Shown piece by piece: positions 1-12,719 of a stretch of 64,000 nt of DNA (its first letter is position 1; every line of letters begins with the position of its first letter). The notes under the pieces were generated by a model. That model did not search any database. It was not told where the DNA came from and saw only the letters and a program-made list of their open reading frames with translations. The stretch is from Paramecium tetraurelia (Eukaryota). Where the stretch lies: NCBI GenBank assembly GCA_000165425.1, contig CT868396.1:208826-272825 (forward strand). The letters run 5' to 3'. The translations under genes and the position numbers were made by a program.

Positions 1-666
1 GAAAACATATCAGCAGCCATGCCATAAGGTTTTTGCTCAACAATTTCAGGTGCCATATTACCTAAGGAACCAAGAAACAAGTGCTCATGTTGATTTTGAT
101 CCTTCAATTACTTACAGAACCCTAAATCAGCAATTTTTAAAGTAGAATTATGAATTAAAATATTAGGCAACTTTAGATCTCTATGTAAGACATTTTTCTC
201 ATGTAGGGCTTACATTCCAGCCAAGACTTATTTCATATATGCAATGACTTCATTTTCTGGGATCTTTTTACCTCTTTTGATCCACAATTATTCAAAATCA
301 CCAGCTTAATTATAGATAAGAAATTTACAATTGCAAAATTCCAAAACGATGTAGCATTAATTCTCTGATTAAAAGAAATCAATGAATTTTATTACATGTT
401 CACTGTTGATTTATCTTAATACTTCAATTTCACTATCTAATAATTAGCCAACAATTCCTCTGTGCTCACTTAATTTTGCTTTTGGAACGCATTTAATCGC
501 TACCAAATCTGATGTCTTGTCAACTTTTGCAGAAAAGACCTTTTTGTAATTTAAATTTTAATACTTAACCAAATGCACCCTTTCCTAATTCTTTGAGAAA
601 TGTATAATTTAAGACCCTCTTACCAGGATAATTCTGAATTTTGGTTGGCTACTATGACTGCAACAT
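1..666 (-). CDS. Ser/Thr protein kinase (runs off the window at its 3' end)
   Basis: Ciliate-code translation MLQSQQPTKIQNYPGKRVLNYTFLKELGKGAFGQ|VFSAKV...VAIKC...HRDLKLPNILI...KIADLGFCK...GSLGNMAPE; 25-nt GT..AG intron at 540-564. Confidence 0.92.
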
Positions 667-722
667 TCTAAAAATATTTAAGTTAATTATATTTTTATAT
701 TTATTTTTATATCTTGATTCTT

Positions 723-1145
723 TCAATCATCATCTCCTCCTTCATCACCTCCTTCTTCTAAATCACCATATGTTTTCTATTCGAATTTAGGATCATGATA
801 ATCTTGCCAATCAAATCTTGGTTTTGTGTATAAACAACTAAATAGCCAACACGCGGTTAAAAACAAGCCACACCTAGTAAACATAGCTATATTTATTTAA
901 TTACTCTTACTTCTCGTCCAATAATCATTAAAATCTCTGTGTGATTTACTCAAAACATAGCCCCATTTGTTTGGATTGTTTTCTACAATACCTTCTCTCA
1001 GCATCCAAGAAGCTGTTTCATAGCTTATTGCAATGTTTTTCACTTTGTATTAAAACTCTCCTGGTTTTTCGAATAATCCCTCTTTGAATGCAGCAGGCAT
1101 AGAGGATCTTTGTCCTGCTTTCTAAAATACCTTCCACAAAGCCAT
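723..1145 (-). CDS. Small (~130 aa) single-TM protein, probably mitochondrial inner membrane (weak QCR8/UQCRQ-like look)
   Basis: MALWKVFQKAGQRSSMPAAFKEG...NDYWTR|TMFTRCGLFLTACWLFSCLYTKPRFDWQDYH...GGDDD*; one 24-nt intron near 888-911; basic N-terminus and one hydrophobic helix. The family guess is inference only. Confidence 0.7.
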
Positions 1146-1288
1146 TATTTATATAAATTTATAATAATTTTTATTAAGATCAAGTTATTATCTATACATA
1201 CTGCTATCATTCTGTTTATTCAGATTTTTTCATGCTACAAATTTCATTTATTATTCAAAAATTATAACCATAAAATATTAACAAATTC

Positions 1289-1840
1289 ATTGACCTTTCA
1301 TATAATTTACAAAATTGATGATTTATTTAATATCCCCTTTATTCACAAGCCTATAGACTTGTTTCCTTTTGAAATCTAAAACACTATCATTTCTTAATAC
1401 GATTTGCTTCTTTAAGAGTAACAATAATTTAAAAAATATTTAATGATAATCCTTGTTACTGATTAACTCGATCCTTTTATATCCAATTCTTTCATTTTAA
1501 TATTACAACTTATAATCATTAAATTCATCGAAACATTTCCATTTAATTAATATTTTGTCCTAAATCTCACGCAAAAACTACCAATCTATTAAAAATAGAG
1601 ATTAATTCCTATTAATGGCTCAGAACACTGATTTAAAACAGATATGGCTAACTTAAAGTAATCACATTCAAAGATTAGTGGCTTTTATTATTATAACATC
1701 TTTACAAGATATATTTGACAATTCTTCTGTAGATATAGTAGAATTTTATTGAGAAACTGATATTAAGGGATTTGTCTTTTATTTTTGGGCTAGATTCAAA
1801 CTACTTTCAGGTTATTTTTACAACAGGAAATTATCATTAA
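1289..1840 (-). CDS. Hypothetical protein (start uncertain)
   Basis: TGA-free frame of ~165 codons ending ...VNYMKGQ*; no recognisable motif. Confidence 0.3.
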
Positions 1841-3377
1841 CCCTCTTATAAGTTAAAAGGCTTAAAATATCTAATTTTATCAAATCAATATATTTAATTA
1901 ATTATTTGATTATTCGTTACTCTGATATTAAGATTTATTTTTCAAAAAGTTTTCTTCAGCCTTAAATAATCAGATCTTTTAAAAGAAAGCGATAACCTTA
2001 TTAAATCAGTTATCAAAAGAAGTTTTAATATTTTCATTTAATACAATAAGAATATTATTGTCTTAAATATTTGAATTAAATATATTTAAAAATAAGACAA
2101 CAAATTACAAAAAAACACGCTTCAATTTCACATTAAAAAAAGTATAATAATATTTTTGAGGAATCAACCCAGGCAAGTCAGATCTGTGCTAAAGACCGTA
2201 ATTATAAGATTATTTAACATTTTTGGCATCTATCTTATAGTTTCTGTTTTTTAATTATTTAAAATAAATTTATCATCAAAGCTTTTACATTCTTAAATAG
2301 TGTCGTATTCACTTGTTAGAACAATTGCATTCTATTACTCCAATTAGGTTTTATTTTAATTTCTAATAAAATCTAACTAAAATTTAGTTTTCTTAACCGC
2401 TAAATTTTCTAAAGTAATTTCATTATTCTGCTTATCTATTAACAAAAAAGTTTAAATGATTGGTTTAAAAGTTAAGTATAAATTAGTGAATTAAACACAC
2501 TTCATATTACTATAGTTTCTTTCAAGCCTTTTTTAATTAAATATTTACGACCTCTAGATTTATCTTTATAATATTAATTATACTTCTTAATATCAGAAAG
2601 CTTAAGCGATTTAAAAATTAAAGAAATTCCTTATTGCTCTCTTCATTAGGTTTCTAATAATATTTATGTTTTAGCTATTCTACGATAGTTTAAACCTATT
2701 GGCTTGAATTCAATTATATAATTTACTCTTCTTCTTTTAGTATTCTTTTAAATTACTGACAAACATAATATTCTGATTTCGTCTGGTACTGATATAGTTT
2801 TAGAAAAAATTTCAGTTTATCGTTCATAATTAATTTAGAATAATCCTAATGATATTTTATCATATCTTTTATGAGGAATATCGTAAATATCTAGGTCGAA
2901 TTCAAATAGTATATAGAATAGCAATGCGCACCTCTATTAATTGAAAGATATCAAGATAGAAATGTATTATTCAAAATCATTGAGATACCATTCTAAATTG
3001 AATTTATTCAAAATTATTCAATTATGAAATAATATNNNNNNNNNNNNNNNNNNNNNNNNNNNNNNNNNNNNNNNNNNNNNNNNNNNNNNNNNNNNNNNNN
3101 NNNNNNNNNNNNNNNNNNNNNNNNNNNNNNNNNNNNNNNNNNNNNNNNNNNNNNNNNNNNNNNNNNNNNNNNNNNNNNNNNNNNNATAACAATTATCATT
3201 ATCACACTCTTCTAATGAATGATAAATCAATAACAATCATTATTTATATATCACTATTACCTCATGGAAGGGAATAATTAGTAAAGCATTTGACATACAA
3301 TTTAGATTTAATCAGAAATATTTAGTGTAATACTAAAGTTTATGAATGATTTCTTAATAAGTAAAATAATTAATAAA

Positions 3378-6366
3378 ATGGTCAATTTAACAATAAATCA
3401 AATAATACAAAGCATGAATAATCAAGACAATATTCGAAATATTTGTGTAATTGGACATATAGATCATGGAAGATAAACGATAATTGATTAATTACTCAGC
3501 AAATCTAACATAAATCTTATTGATTAATCAAAAGAGGCGTTGATAATTAATAAAAATACTACCTTTTCATTATATTATGAATTCGACCTTTCATCTAATG
3601 GAACAAAATAACAATTTCTATTCAATTTAATCGATTACCCCAGATTACTAAATTTTGGATCCGAAGCCATTTTATCCTCATTGAGAGTATCAGATGGAAT
3701 CTTAATTGTTGTGGATTATTTGGAAGGAGTGGCATATTCTACAGAATCCATATTGAGAATGGCTCTTTAAGAGAAAGTTAAACCTGTGTTAATGGTGAAT
3801 AAATTAGACAGAGCAATTCTTGAATTAGAACAGGATGGTGAAACGAATTTACAACACATTGGTCAAGATAATTGAGCAAATAAATACTATCATATTTACG
3901 AACTAATCAGACGATATGGGTGATTTTTTGTTAAAACCAGAATAAGGAACAGTAGCATTTGGATCAGGAAAAGAAGGTTGGTCATTAACATGCACAAGAT
4001 TCGCTGAATTATATGCTACTAAATTCAACACAGAATCAAAGAAGTTATAAGACAAATTTTGGGGTGAAAATTACTTTGATACACAAACCAAATGTTGGAT
4101 TAAGGAGAGTCATACTAAAAATGGTCCAGAATTAAAATGTGCGTTTGTTGGATTTATATTAGACCCAATCTGCAGACTGACAAAAGCGATTCTGAATGGG
4201 GACACTTAAATTGTCAATAAGATGTTGACTGTATTAGGAATACAATTGAATTAAGAGGAGTAAAGTATTATAGGTAAGAACTTATTGAAAATTGTCATGT
4301 CCAAATGGATTAATGTTGCAGATATTTTGATCTAGATGATAATATATCATTTACCATCACCAAAATAGGCCTAGAAGTACAGAACATCATATTTCTATGA
4401 AGGATCACAAAATAATATTGTTGCTTAATCAATTAAAAATTGTAATCCAAATGGGCCTCTGGTCATGTTTATATCTCAAGTAATATAAAGTGGTAGAGAG
4501 AATTTCATCGCTTTTGGAAGAGTATTTTCTGGAACAATCAAATAAGATTAGAAAGTGAGAATAATGGGACCTAACTGTAAACCAAGTTTAAAGGAAGACA
4601 TATTTATAAGATAGATTGGTAGGACAGTGTGGATAAACGGAAGAAGAATCGAAAGTAAGAAGAAGGGACACCACGCGGGAAGGCCAAAGGAAAAAAGAGA
4701 GAAAGCAATATCAAACAATGGCGAGNNNNNNNNNNNNNNNNNNNNNNNNNNNNNNNNNNNNNNNNNNNNNNNNNNNNNNNNNNNNNNNNNNNNNNNNNNN
4801 NNNNNNNNNNNNNNNNNNNNNNNNNNNNNNNNNNNNNNNNNNNNNNNNNNNNNNNNNNNNNNNNNNNNNNNNNNNNNNNNNNNNNNNNNNNNNNNNNNNN
4901 NNNNNNNNNNNNNNNNNNNNNNNNNNNNNNNNNNNNNNNNNNNNNNNNNNNNNNNNNNNNNNNNNNNNNNNNNNNNNNNNNNNNNNNNNNNNNNNNNNNN
5001 NNNNNNNNNNNNNNNNNNNNNNNNNNNNNNNNNNNNNNNNNNNNNNNNNNNNNNNNNNNNNNNNNNNNNNNNNNNNNNNNNNNNNNNNNNNNNNNNNNNN
5101 NNNNNNNNNNNNNNNNNNNNNNNNNNNNNNNNNNNNNNNNNNNNNNNNNNNNNNNNNNNNNNNNNNNNNNNNNNNNNNNNNNNNNNTCCATGTGGGAATG
5201 TCATTGGATTAATTGGAGATAGTAATATTCTAACAATTTCGAGTACAATATCCGATCATCCTGAATGTCATTTAATCAGATCTCTTAAATGTTCCATTTC
5301 TCCAGTTACCAAAATTGCTATTTCACCTCAAAATCCTCGTGAATTACCTAGGTTAATAGAAGGATTGAGAAGATTAACTCAAACAAACCAAACTATAGAA
5401 TATTCAATTGAAGATTCGGGTAAGCATTTTATTGCTGGATGCAGCGAATTGCATATATAAAAGGCTTTAACTGAACTTGAAGACGATCTAAATGGTCTTT
5501 AATTAGAGAAAACTGATCCAATAGTTGTCTATAAGGAAACTGTTACTGCTCCTTCTAAAGTTGTTTGTATGGCAAAATCTGCTAATTAACATAATAGGCT
5601 GTATGCTTAAGCTACATCACTTAATGAAAATCTATAGATTGCTATTGAAAAAGGTTTTATTACTAATAACTCTAAAGGTCGAGCCAATATATTAGCCTAA
5701 GAATATAATTGGAATAAAAGTGAGGCTTTGAAAATCTGGACATTTGGACCAGATGATACTGGCCCAAACATTTTATGTGATCAAACAACAGCAGTTCAAT
5801 ACATAAATGAAATCAGAGAATCAATATAATTTGCTTGGTAGTAATCTACCAAGGAAGGAGCTCTATGTTAAGAAAATTTGAGAGGAGTTAGAGTCAATAT
5901 CTTGGATTGTGTTTTGAGTGCAGAAACAATTCACAGAGGAGATGGTTAAATTATACCAACAGCTCGTAGGCTGTATTCAGCTTGTGAGTTAACTGCATAG
6001 CCTAGACTATAAGAACCAATATTATTGACTGAAGTAAATGTTCCAAATTAAGTTACTGGCGGAGTTTACTCATGCCTTAGCATTAGACAAGGAATCATAA
6101 TTGAAGAAGAACAGATCGTTGGTTCACAACTAACAAGAATCAAATCTTATTTACCAGTAGCTTAATCATTTGGTTATGTTGCACATCTTAGATCTTTAAC
6201 ATTAGGTCAAGCATTTCCTTAATGTCAATTTGATCACTGGGCTGTTTTGGGTGAAGATCCATTTGAGCATGGATCCAAAGCTAATGAAATAGTACTAAGT
6301 ATTCGTAAAAGAAAAGGATTAGCAACTTAATTACCTAATGTAGATGAATATCTAAATCAACCATGA
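3378..6366 (+). CDS. Divergent translation elongation factor 2 paralog with degenerate GTPase motifs; apparent +1 frameshift at ~3846; N-gap at 4726-5186
   Basis: MVNLTINQI...[17 protein letters not shown]...[12 protein letters not shown]...[88 protein letters not shown]...RKRKGL. Confidence 0.9.
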
Positions 6367-8408
6367 TTTATAAATATAAATTATAGATTAATTTTAGATT
6401 AAATTAGATATTATTAATATTTATTAATTAATTTAGAAATGAATTTAAATTATAAATACTATAGTTTTCAACATTATTGTATTAATAATTCAAGAGGGTC
6501 TATTTTTTGACCTTAAGGATCTAAATCAATAGACTCTGCAGGTTTAACACATAAACTATTGGATTCTTTTATGCTTACCAAAGGAATCTAATTAAAGTCT
6601 AATTTTCCACCCATTTAATACCTTTAGATTAATGCTACATCAATAAATTAAATTCTAGATATTTCATACAATATATTATTATATTTACATTTTTCTTTTG
6701 CCCTTTCCATTTGAATTCGATACTAATCTTTTAATTTATCGATAGAAGCCTTTAAATAATTGTTGCTTTTTCATTTGAAATTTGAAATTGAGTCAATAGA
6801 TTTAATTATTATTTATTGAAATATAGATAATACATTGTAAGAATATCATTTAAGAATTCATCCTCTAAAAATTTAGTATTGTAATATACTAATAAATGTT
6901 TCAATTGGAATATTTATTTGACAATTAACCCTATTTTCAGTCAAATATTGAACGTAATTTTGGATGAGTTATTTCCTCTTTAGTAGAGATATTGTCAATT
7001 CTATTAAGATAACAATAAAAACTCTCAAAACTATAAGTAAATTTTGACATAGTTGTTAATTATTTTTTGAGAAAAATATTTATCAATTGCTTAAGTAGTG
7101 ACTCTTAATTATACAGAAATTAGCAATGATGGTTTCCTATTATTATAATAGAATTTATACAACTTAACATCAAAACTGGTATATTATAACTTATAGAAAT
7201 ATTTGAGTTCTTTCGTTATATAATTTAGTTAACTTAATCTAATATTTAGAAATAGAAACTCATGATATTTGGAAAGGTATGTATTAATAGTATACTCATC
7301 TGCACAATTGCTTCCATCTACTGCAAACAAATTTGAACATCTTGCCAAAACTATTAAATACTACTTTGTTCTTGCTAATTTTTATCTTAATAATTCAAAG
7401 TAGTTTGAGAAGCACAATTTAATTTAATCAGATATGATTTTTTTTACGACTAAATAATGGAATTGGTTCATCATCTATAGTTTTGACTTTATAAGTAAAC
7501 AAAAGAGGGGGGATAATATTATTTACCTTTTTTAAATGGATCAACATCCCTGAAAAGTCTTACAAGGGTATTTATATTGTTTAATCTTTAAATTAAAACT
7601 CAGAATAACCTAAAGTTTATTAGTTGAAAAAAATTAATANNNNNNNNNNNNNNNNNNNNNNNNNNNNNNNNNNNNNNNNNNNNNNNNNNNNNNNNNNNNN
7701 NNNNNNNNNNNNNNNNNNNNNNNNNNNNNNNNNNNNNNNNNNNNNNNNNNNNNNNNNNNNNNNNNNNNNNNNNNNNNNNNNNNNNNNNNNNNNNNNNNNN
7801 NNNNNNNNNNNNNNNNNNNNNNNNNNNNNNNNNNNNNNNNNNAGCTCACAGTTCACTATTCAGCGATACTACTATAAACCATAAACCTCCGTATTGAAAA
7901 TTCATTTTACTATTAGTATTACGAAAATACTTATATTTATATTTAATAAGCAACTAACTCATACTAATTGTAAAATGGATAGATATTATGAGATTTAGGT
8001 AAAAGCATAATACTAAATTCTAAATTTTCATCATAAATAATATCTTATGATAAGTAACCTACCTGTTCTTGATGAAATTCAATATAAATATCAAAATTAA
8101 CATATCTTTATCTCCTCCAAAATGCAAACAATATAGATTAGATTTTATAAATCTCAAAAAATAAAGAATGTAATCTAAGTTATAAGATTGTTTTTTTCAT
8201 TCAAATTCTTCTTCATGATATAATATTTCATTATTGTAAGTTTTTTTATGATAAATAAAGACCATGTATCTTATTATATTGTTATTTCAAAATCTAAGCT
8301 TTTAATACTTTTCTATATAATTAAAATGAAAAAGAACTATAGGAGTTAATTATAAATTTTCTTCCTTTAATGCTAAATTCGATTATATTATTAAATAAAT
8401 TTACTTGA

Positions 8409-8930
8409 ATGATTTCAACTCTTGAAGAGCATTCAAGATAGTAGATTGGAGGCATTTATAAAGCAAGCACAAACAAAATGTTGAAGGAATAGTTTTATGA
8501 AATGTATTTTAACACTCAAATTACCACCAGATTAATTTTATCCAAAGGAGATTTTGTTAATCAATTGATAAAAAAAGCAAATTAATTAAACATGAATAGT
8601 AAATTAATATCTAGTTAATCAAAATCATTTTATATATAAGCCTTATGTCAATTTGATGTATTTTAAGCGAAATAACTTCTATATTCAAAAAAATTGGAGC
8701 TATAATCAAAAAGGATTTCAAAAGATGAAGCAGCAGGTTATGACATTTTCATAAAGCTCCTAAAAAATATTTTAAGCCCTTTTGAATGCACTCAAAGTGA
8801 ATTAAATTTTCTAGTGGACAATATTTTTGAAGAATGGATGAATAAAAAAAAAACTTGTTTTCTCTAAACAAAAAAACAGGCTAATTTGAAAAGCTCCTAC
8901 AAAATGCATCATAACAAATCATCTGATTGA
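8409..8930 (+). CDS. Hypothetical protein (173 aa)
   Basis: ATG..TGA open frame in ciliate code (MISTLEEHSRQQIGGIYK...HHNKSSD*); no motif recognised. Confidence 0.4.
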
Positions 8931-8977
8931 ATAACACTTATTTGTAGAATAATTTTATATATAATTTAAAGGATTAA

Positions 8978-10780
8978 TGAGAAAACAGAAGAGAGTATCG
9001 TTAAGTTGGAAGGATTAGAGTAAGTCGACAATTAATTAGTCTAACATCCATTAATTTGATAACATAAACTCATAGAGATAAATTATCTTTAAAAGATTGA
9101 TAAATTCTTAGAATGTATAATTTTTTGTAAAATGGTGTATGAAAAATAGACCTTAGGGTAGAAGAGCAATATGGAGTTAATGGGGTTAAATAATGGAACT
9201 ATTTTTGGAAAGGTAAATAAGTTGGAGGTGGTATGTATGATTTAAAGGGTTAAAAGTTAGGAAAGTGGATTGATTTATGTTAAAATTATAAGGAGTATAA
9301 AAATATAGTAGAATTTAGTTTAAAGAATGTATAGAAGTAGGTGATTATTAGTATGATTAAAGATTTTTGGGATGGAAAATATTTTGGAATAACAAGCAAA
9401 TGGAATAATATATTTTTTTCATAATAAAATTAAGAGGAGGAGGGTAGTACAATGATTAAGGAATGAAATTTGGAAATTGGAATTAAGTGAAGGTTTTATG
9501 GATTCCTCATAGTTATTTTATTAAGGGGAATAATAAATAACAAAAAAGTTGGTTTATGGGACATCATTTTACGAGGAAGAATCCATGTAAATATTATTTA
9601 AAGCAACTTTTAGAGGTGGTGGATAGTATGACGAAGAGAATGGCAATAAGAATGGAAAATGGATTGAGATAATTGAGCCGTTAAAAATTGTGTTAAATAA
9701 ACTTATAATGGTGAATATAAAAAGCAAGTGCGATATTAATTACAAAGGAGAAAATATGTAAGGAATTTAGATTACCAAGTATATTGTAAGATGTGGTGGA
9801 TCATACGATGAACGTTAAGGAGTTAAAACTGGAAAATGGATTGATAAAAGTGATCGATTTTAAAGGGAATCAAATTACTTACATTGGTGAATATCAAAAT
9901 GGAAAAAAATAATTAAATGGGAGATTTGGTATAAAAATAATTATGGAAATTACTAAAATGAAATCTATCAATATTTATGAATATCAAATTGTTAGCGGTG
10001 GAGGATCTTATGATGAAGTAAGTGATAGCATGAAAATACTGAAATAAATGATAAATTTAGGGGGATCATTAAGTAATTTCTCTAGGTGGAAGATTTTGTT
10101 CAGAGAAAAATTTAATGATTAATTTGATTAGATGTAAAATAATAATTAAAGTGAATTTAGGGGAGGTGGATCATATGATAACAGTTATAATTGTTGTAAG
10201 AAAGGAAAATGGATTGTAATAAGCGACATGTTTATAAGTTATTCTTAAATAATTTATGATGGTGAATATCAAATAACAAGAAAGATGGTAGATGGAAATC
10301 AAGTTTCGGGAGGATGCGAAGTCACCATTTTCATGAATGTAATAAGATTAAGTATTATAATTTTTAGAGGAGGTGGATCATATGATGAAGAGGGTATAAA
10401 AATCGATCAGTACACAGAGATAAGTAGATTTTGGAGGGGATTCATAAGTTATTGATCATGGGAGTTTATAAAAAATGGCAAAAAATTGGTAAATGGGAGA
10501 TTTAGTATAAAGAAAAGAGCCAAGGCAAATTTGAATCAATGTAAATAATTATATAATTTAAAATTAAGTGCTGGTGGAAAATATGATGAAAAAAGGCATG
10601 GTTTGAAAATTGGACCATGGATTGAGTTAGATGATGGATTTAATTATAATAAATAAATAATCCTTAGAGGTGATTATACCCTCATTGATATTTTAAATGG
10701 GAAATAACTGTTTTTTTTAATGTCTAAGGCGTAAAATCCTCCAAGAAAAATTATCGTTTCATTCATATAAATTAACTAAT
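8978..10780 (+). pseudogene. Decayed member of the Paramecium MORN-like 'GGGxYDxxGxKxGKW' repeat protein family
   Basis: About eight repeats such as VGGGMYDLKGQKLGKWIDL, GGGSYDEEGIKIDQ and AGGKYDEKRHGLKIGPWIELDDGF, usually preceded by a ~25-nt intron; several units are truncated or out of frame. Ends approximate. Confidence 0.7.
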
Positions 10781-12719
10781 TTGATATTTTTACATTAATA
10801 AAATTGCTTAATATATTATCATCTTTATGAAACTAATTCTATAAAGATTTAAGTAGTTAAGGAAGTTACCTTTATTATAATAATGGAAATAATACCTATT
10901 ATTTTCTAATGCTTGTAGATGAAATTATTGTTTGTATTTTAAACAAAATTGATATTTTAATAGCAATAATCTTTGATTATTATTTTATAATTAGACAATA
11001 CTTGCTTCCTTTAAAATTAACTATAGATCTGATCATATTCTGGATAAAGAATCATTTCATGATACCTTTGTAAATACAAATTTCATGTTATTTTGTTTTT
11101 CATTAACTATCAATTATCACACATAAGGCTATATATAAAATCAAAAATATGAAATTCTTGTTTGAGAGAGAGCTCTATTGTTGATGTTTCAAATATTTTT
11201 AAATATTTGTCTCATAAATTATTGAAGCAAATCTATAATCTATTTGTGAACCAGCGTTTTTATTTCCATAAAAAGCAAGATATTTGCCATAGGGAACGTT
11301 ATTTTCTAAATCTTTAATTAATAACGAAATACATATGAAAGATGTATAAAACTATAGGGGGAAATTTATGAAACTTCTTTGTATGATTCTAATGAAAAAT
11401 ATAAACTTACTTTTTTGTATAAAATTATCAAATATATGAAAATTCTTATCATGAAGAATTAAATCTTAATTAAATTAGAGAATTTAATATTTAAATGTAA
11501 ATTTGTTTTTATCCACCCTCCTTCTTTACCGATTTTTTCAATTAACCAGTTTGCCAAATTATAATATTGGTTACAATATTTATAGTAGAATATCTATTTT
11601 TGATTTCATTTTATTTGTTAAATTTTTTTGTTTTTTTTGTTTTTAGCTCAAACCTATACAAAATTAAATTAATCATCAGTTTATTTAATGTATTATGAAT
11701 TTTAAGTGATAACACCAATCGAACTTCGATCATCAACAAAAGAATTAGATATAAACTCTCAAATATAGGTCGAAGCTTATTAATTAAGAATCAAATATAT
11801 TTAACATAATCATTTAAAATGATAAAAGAAGTGCCAATACAATAATTAAAATCAAAAATTATGATATCATAAAAACATTTAAATATTAATTATCATTTAC
11901 AAAGATTTTACTAAAACATGAAAAATTAGTCCTTCCCTATATACCATTTAGATTCATTACGGTGACCAATATTGAAATTATATCTTCTAGAGTGAGAAAG
12001 GTTTTCCAATTCTACTGTAATATTGGTCCCCATGATAACGAACTAAACAGAAAAAAGATTAAATTTTTAATGTTTTAACAAATCCAAATTTTATAAGATG
12101 TTCAATATAATTTAAACATCCAGCTTTATATTTAAGGATAAAATACTTGTATAATTAATTAATGAGTATTTTAGATTTTATACTCAGAACTTTTAAACAA
12201 TCTCCTAAGAAGCACTTTAAAAAAATTGAATCGTAAGTGTCCCTTTTCTTATAAGTGCAGTTCTAATGGATTGATGACTAATGCTTCTCAATTCCTTTTA
12301 GAGTTTGGATGAGATAAATATTTAATTTACCCTTTTTTTGAGAGCAAGGCTTTATCTCTTGGGCCTTTAAACAAACTATATAAAATTAATCAAATCTTTT
12401 TTTTCATTTGATTAAAATATGAATTCATAATTAATGAATGTAGAAAAATTACTCTTTGCCTGAATCATTCTACAACCTGGCGATCTCTTAGCAAGGACTC
12501 GAAAGCGAGATATGATATTCACCTAAACTATTTCTTAAAATATAAACTCTCTTTACTCTTAATTTTGTAAAGTTAACAAGAATTTCAAACAGATATAAAA
12601 TTAATTTAGTGAAATAAAAGTGTTAAATTGTAATTTTTTTCATAAGGATGAAAGCGGAATGATTGATAAATAAGAGATATAGATATTGATATAAATAATA
12701 ATATTTAATTTCTAATTAT

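Noticed and set aside
4657..5186. Apparent insertion (purine/GC-rich 70 nt + ~460 N) inside the EF-2 paralog
   Set aside because: Protein homology on either side is only a few codons apart (GRRIES...PCGN); it looks like low-quality read end plus an overestimated gap. Cannot be called an IES or mobile element.
9200..10640. Regularly spaced ggaggtggatcatatgat-like motifs resembling a CRISPR array
   Set aside because: They are degenerate coding repeats (GGGSYD) with introns in a eukaryotic genome; no cas genes.
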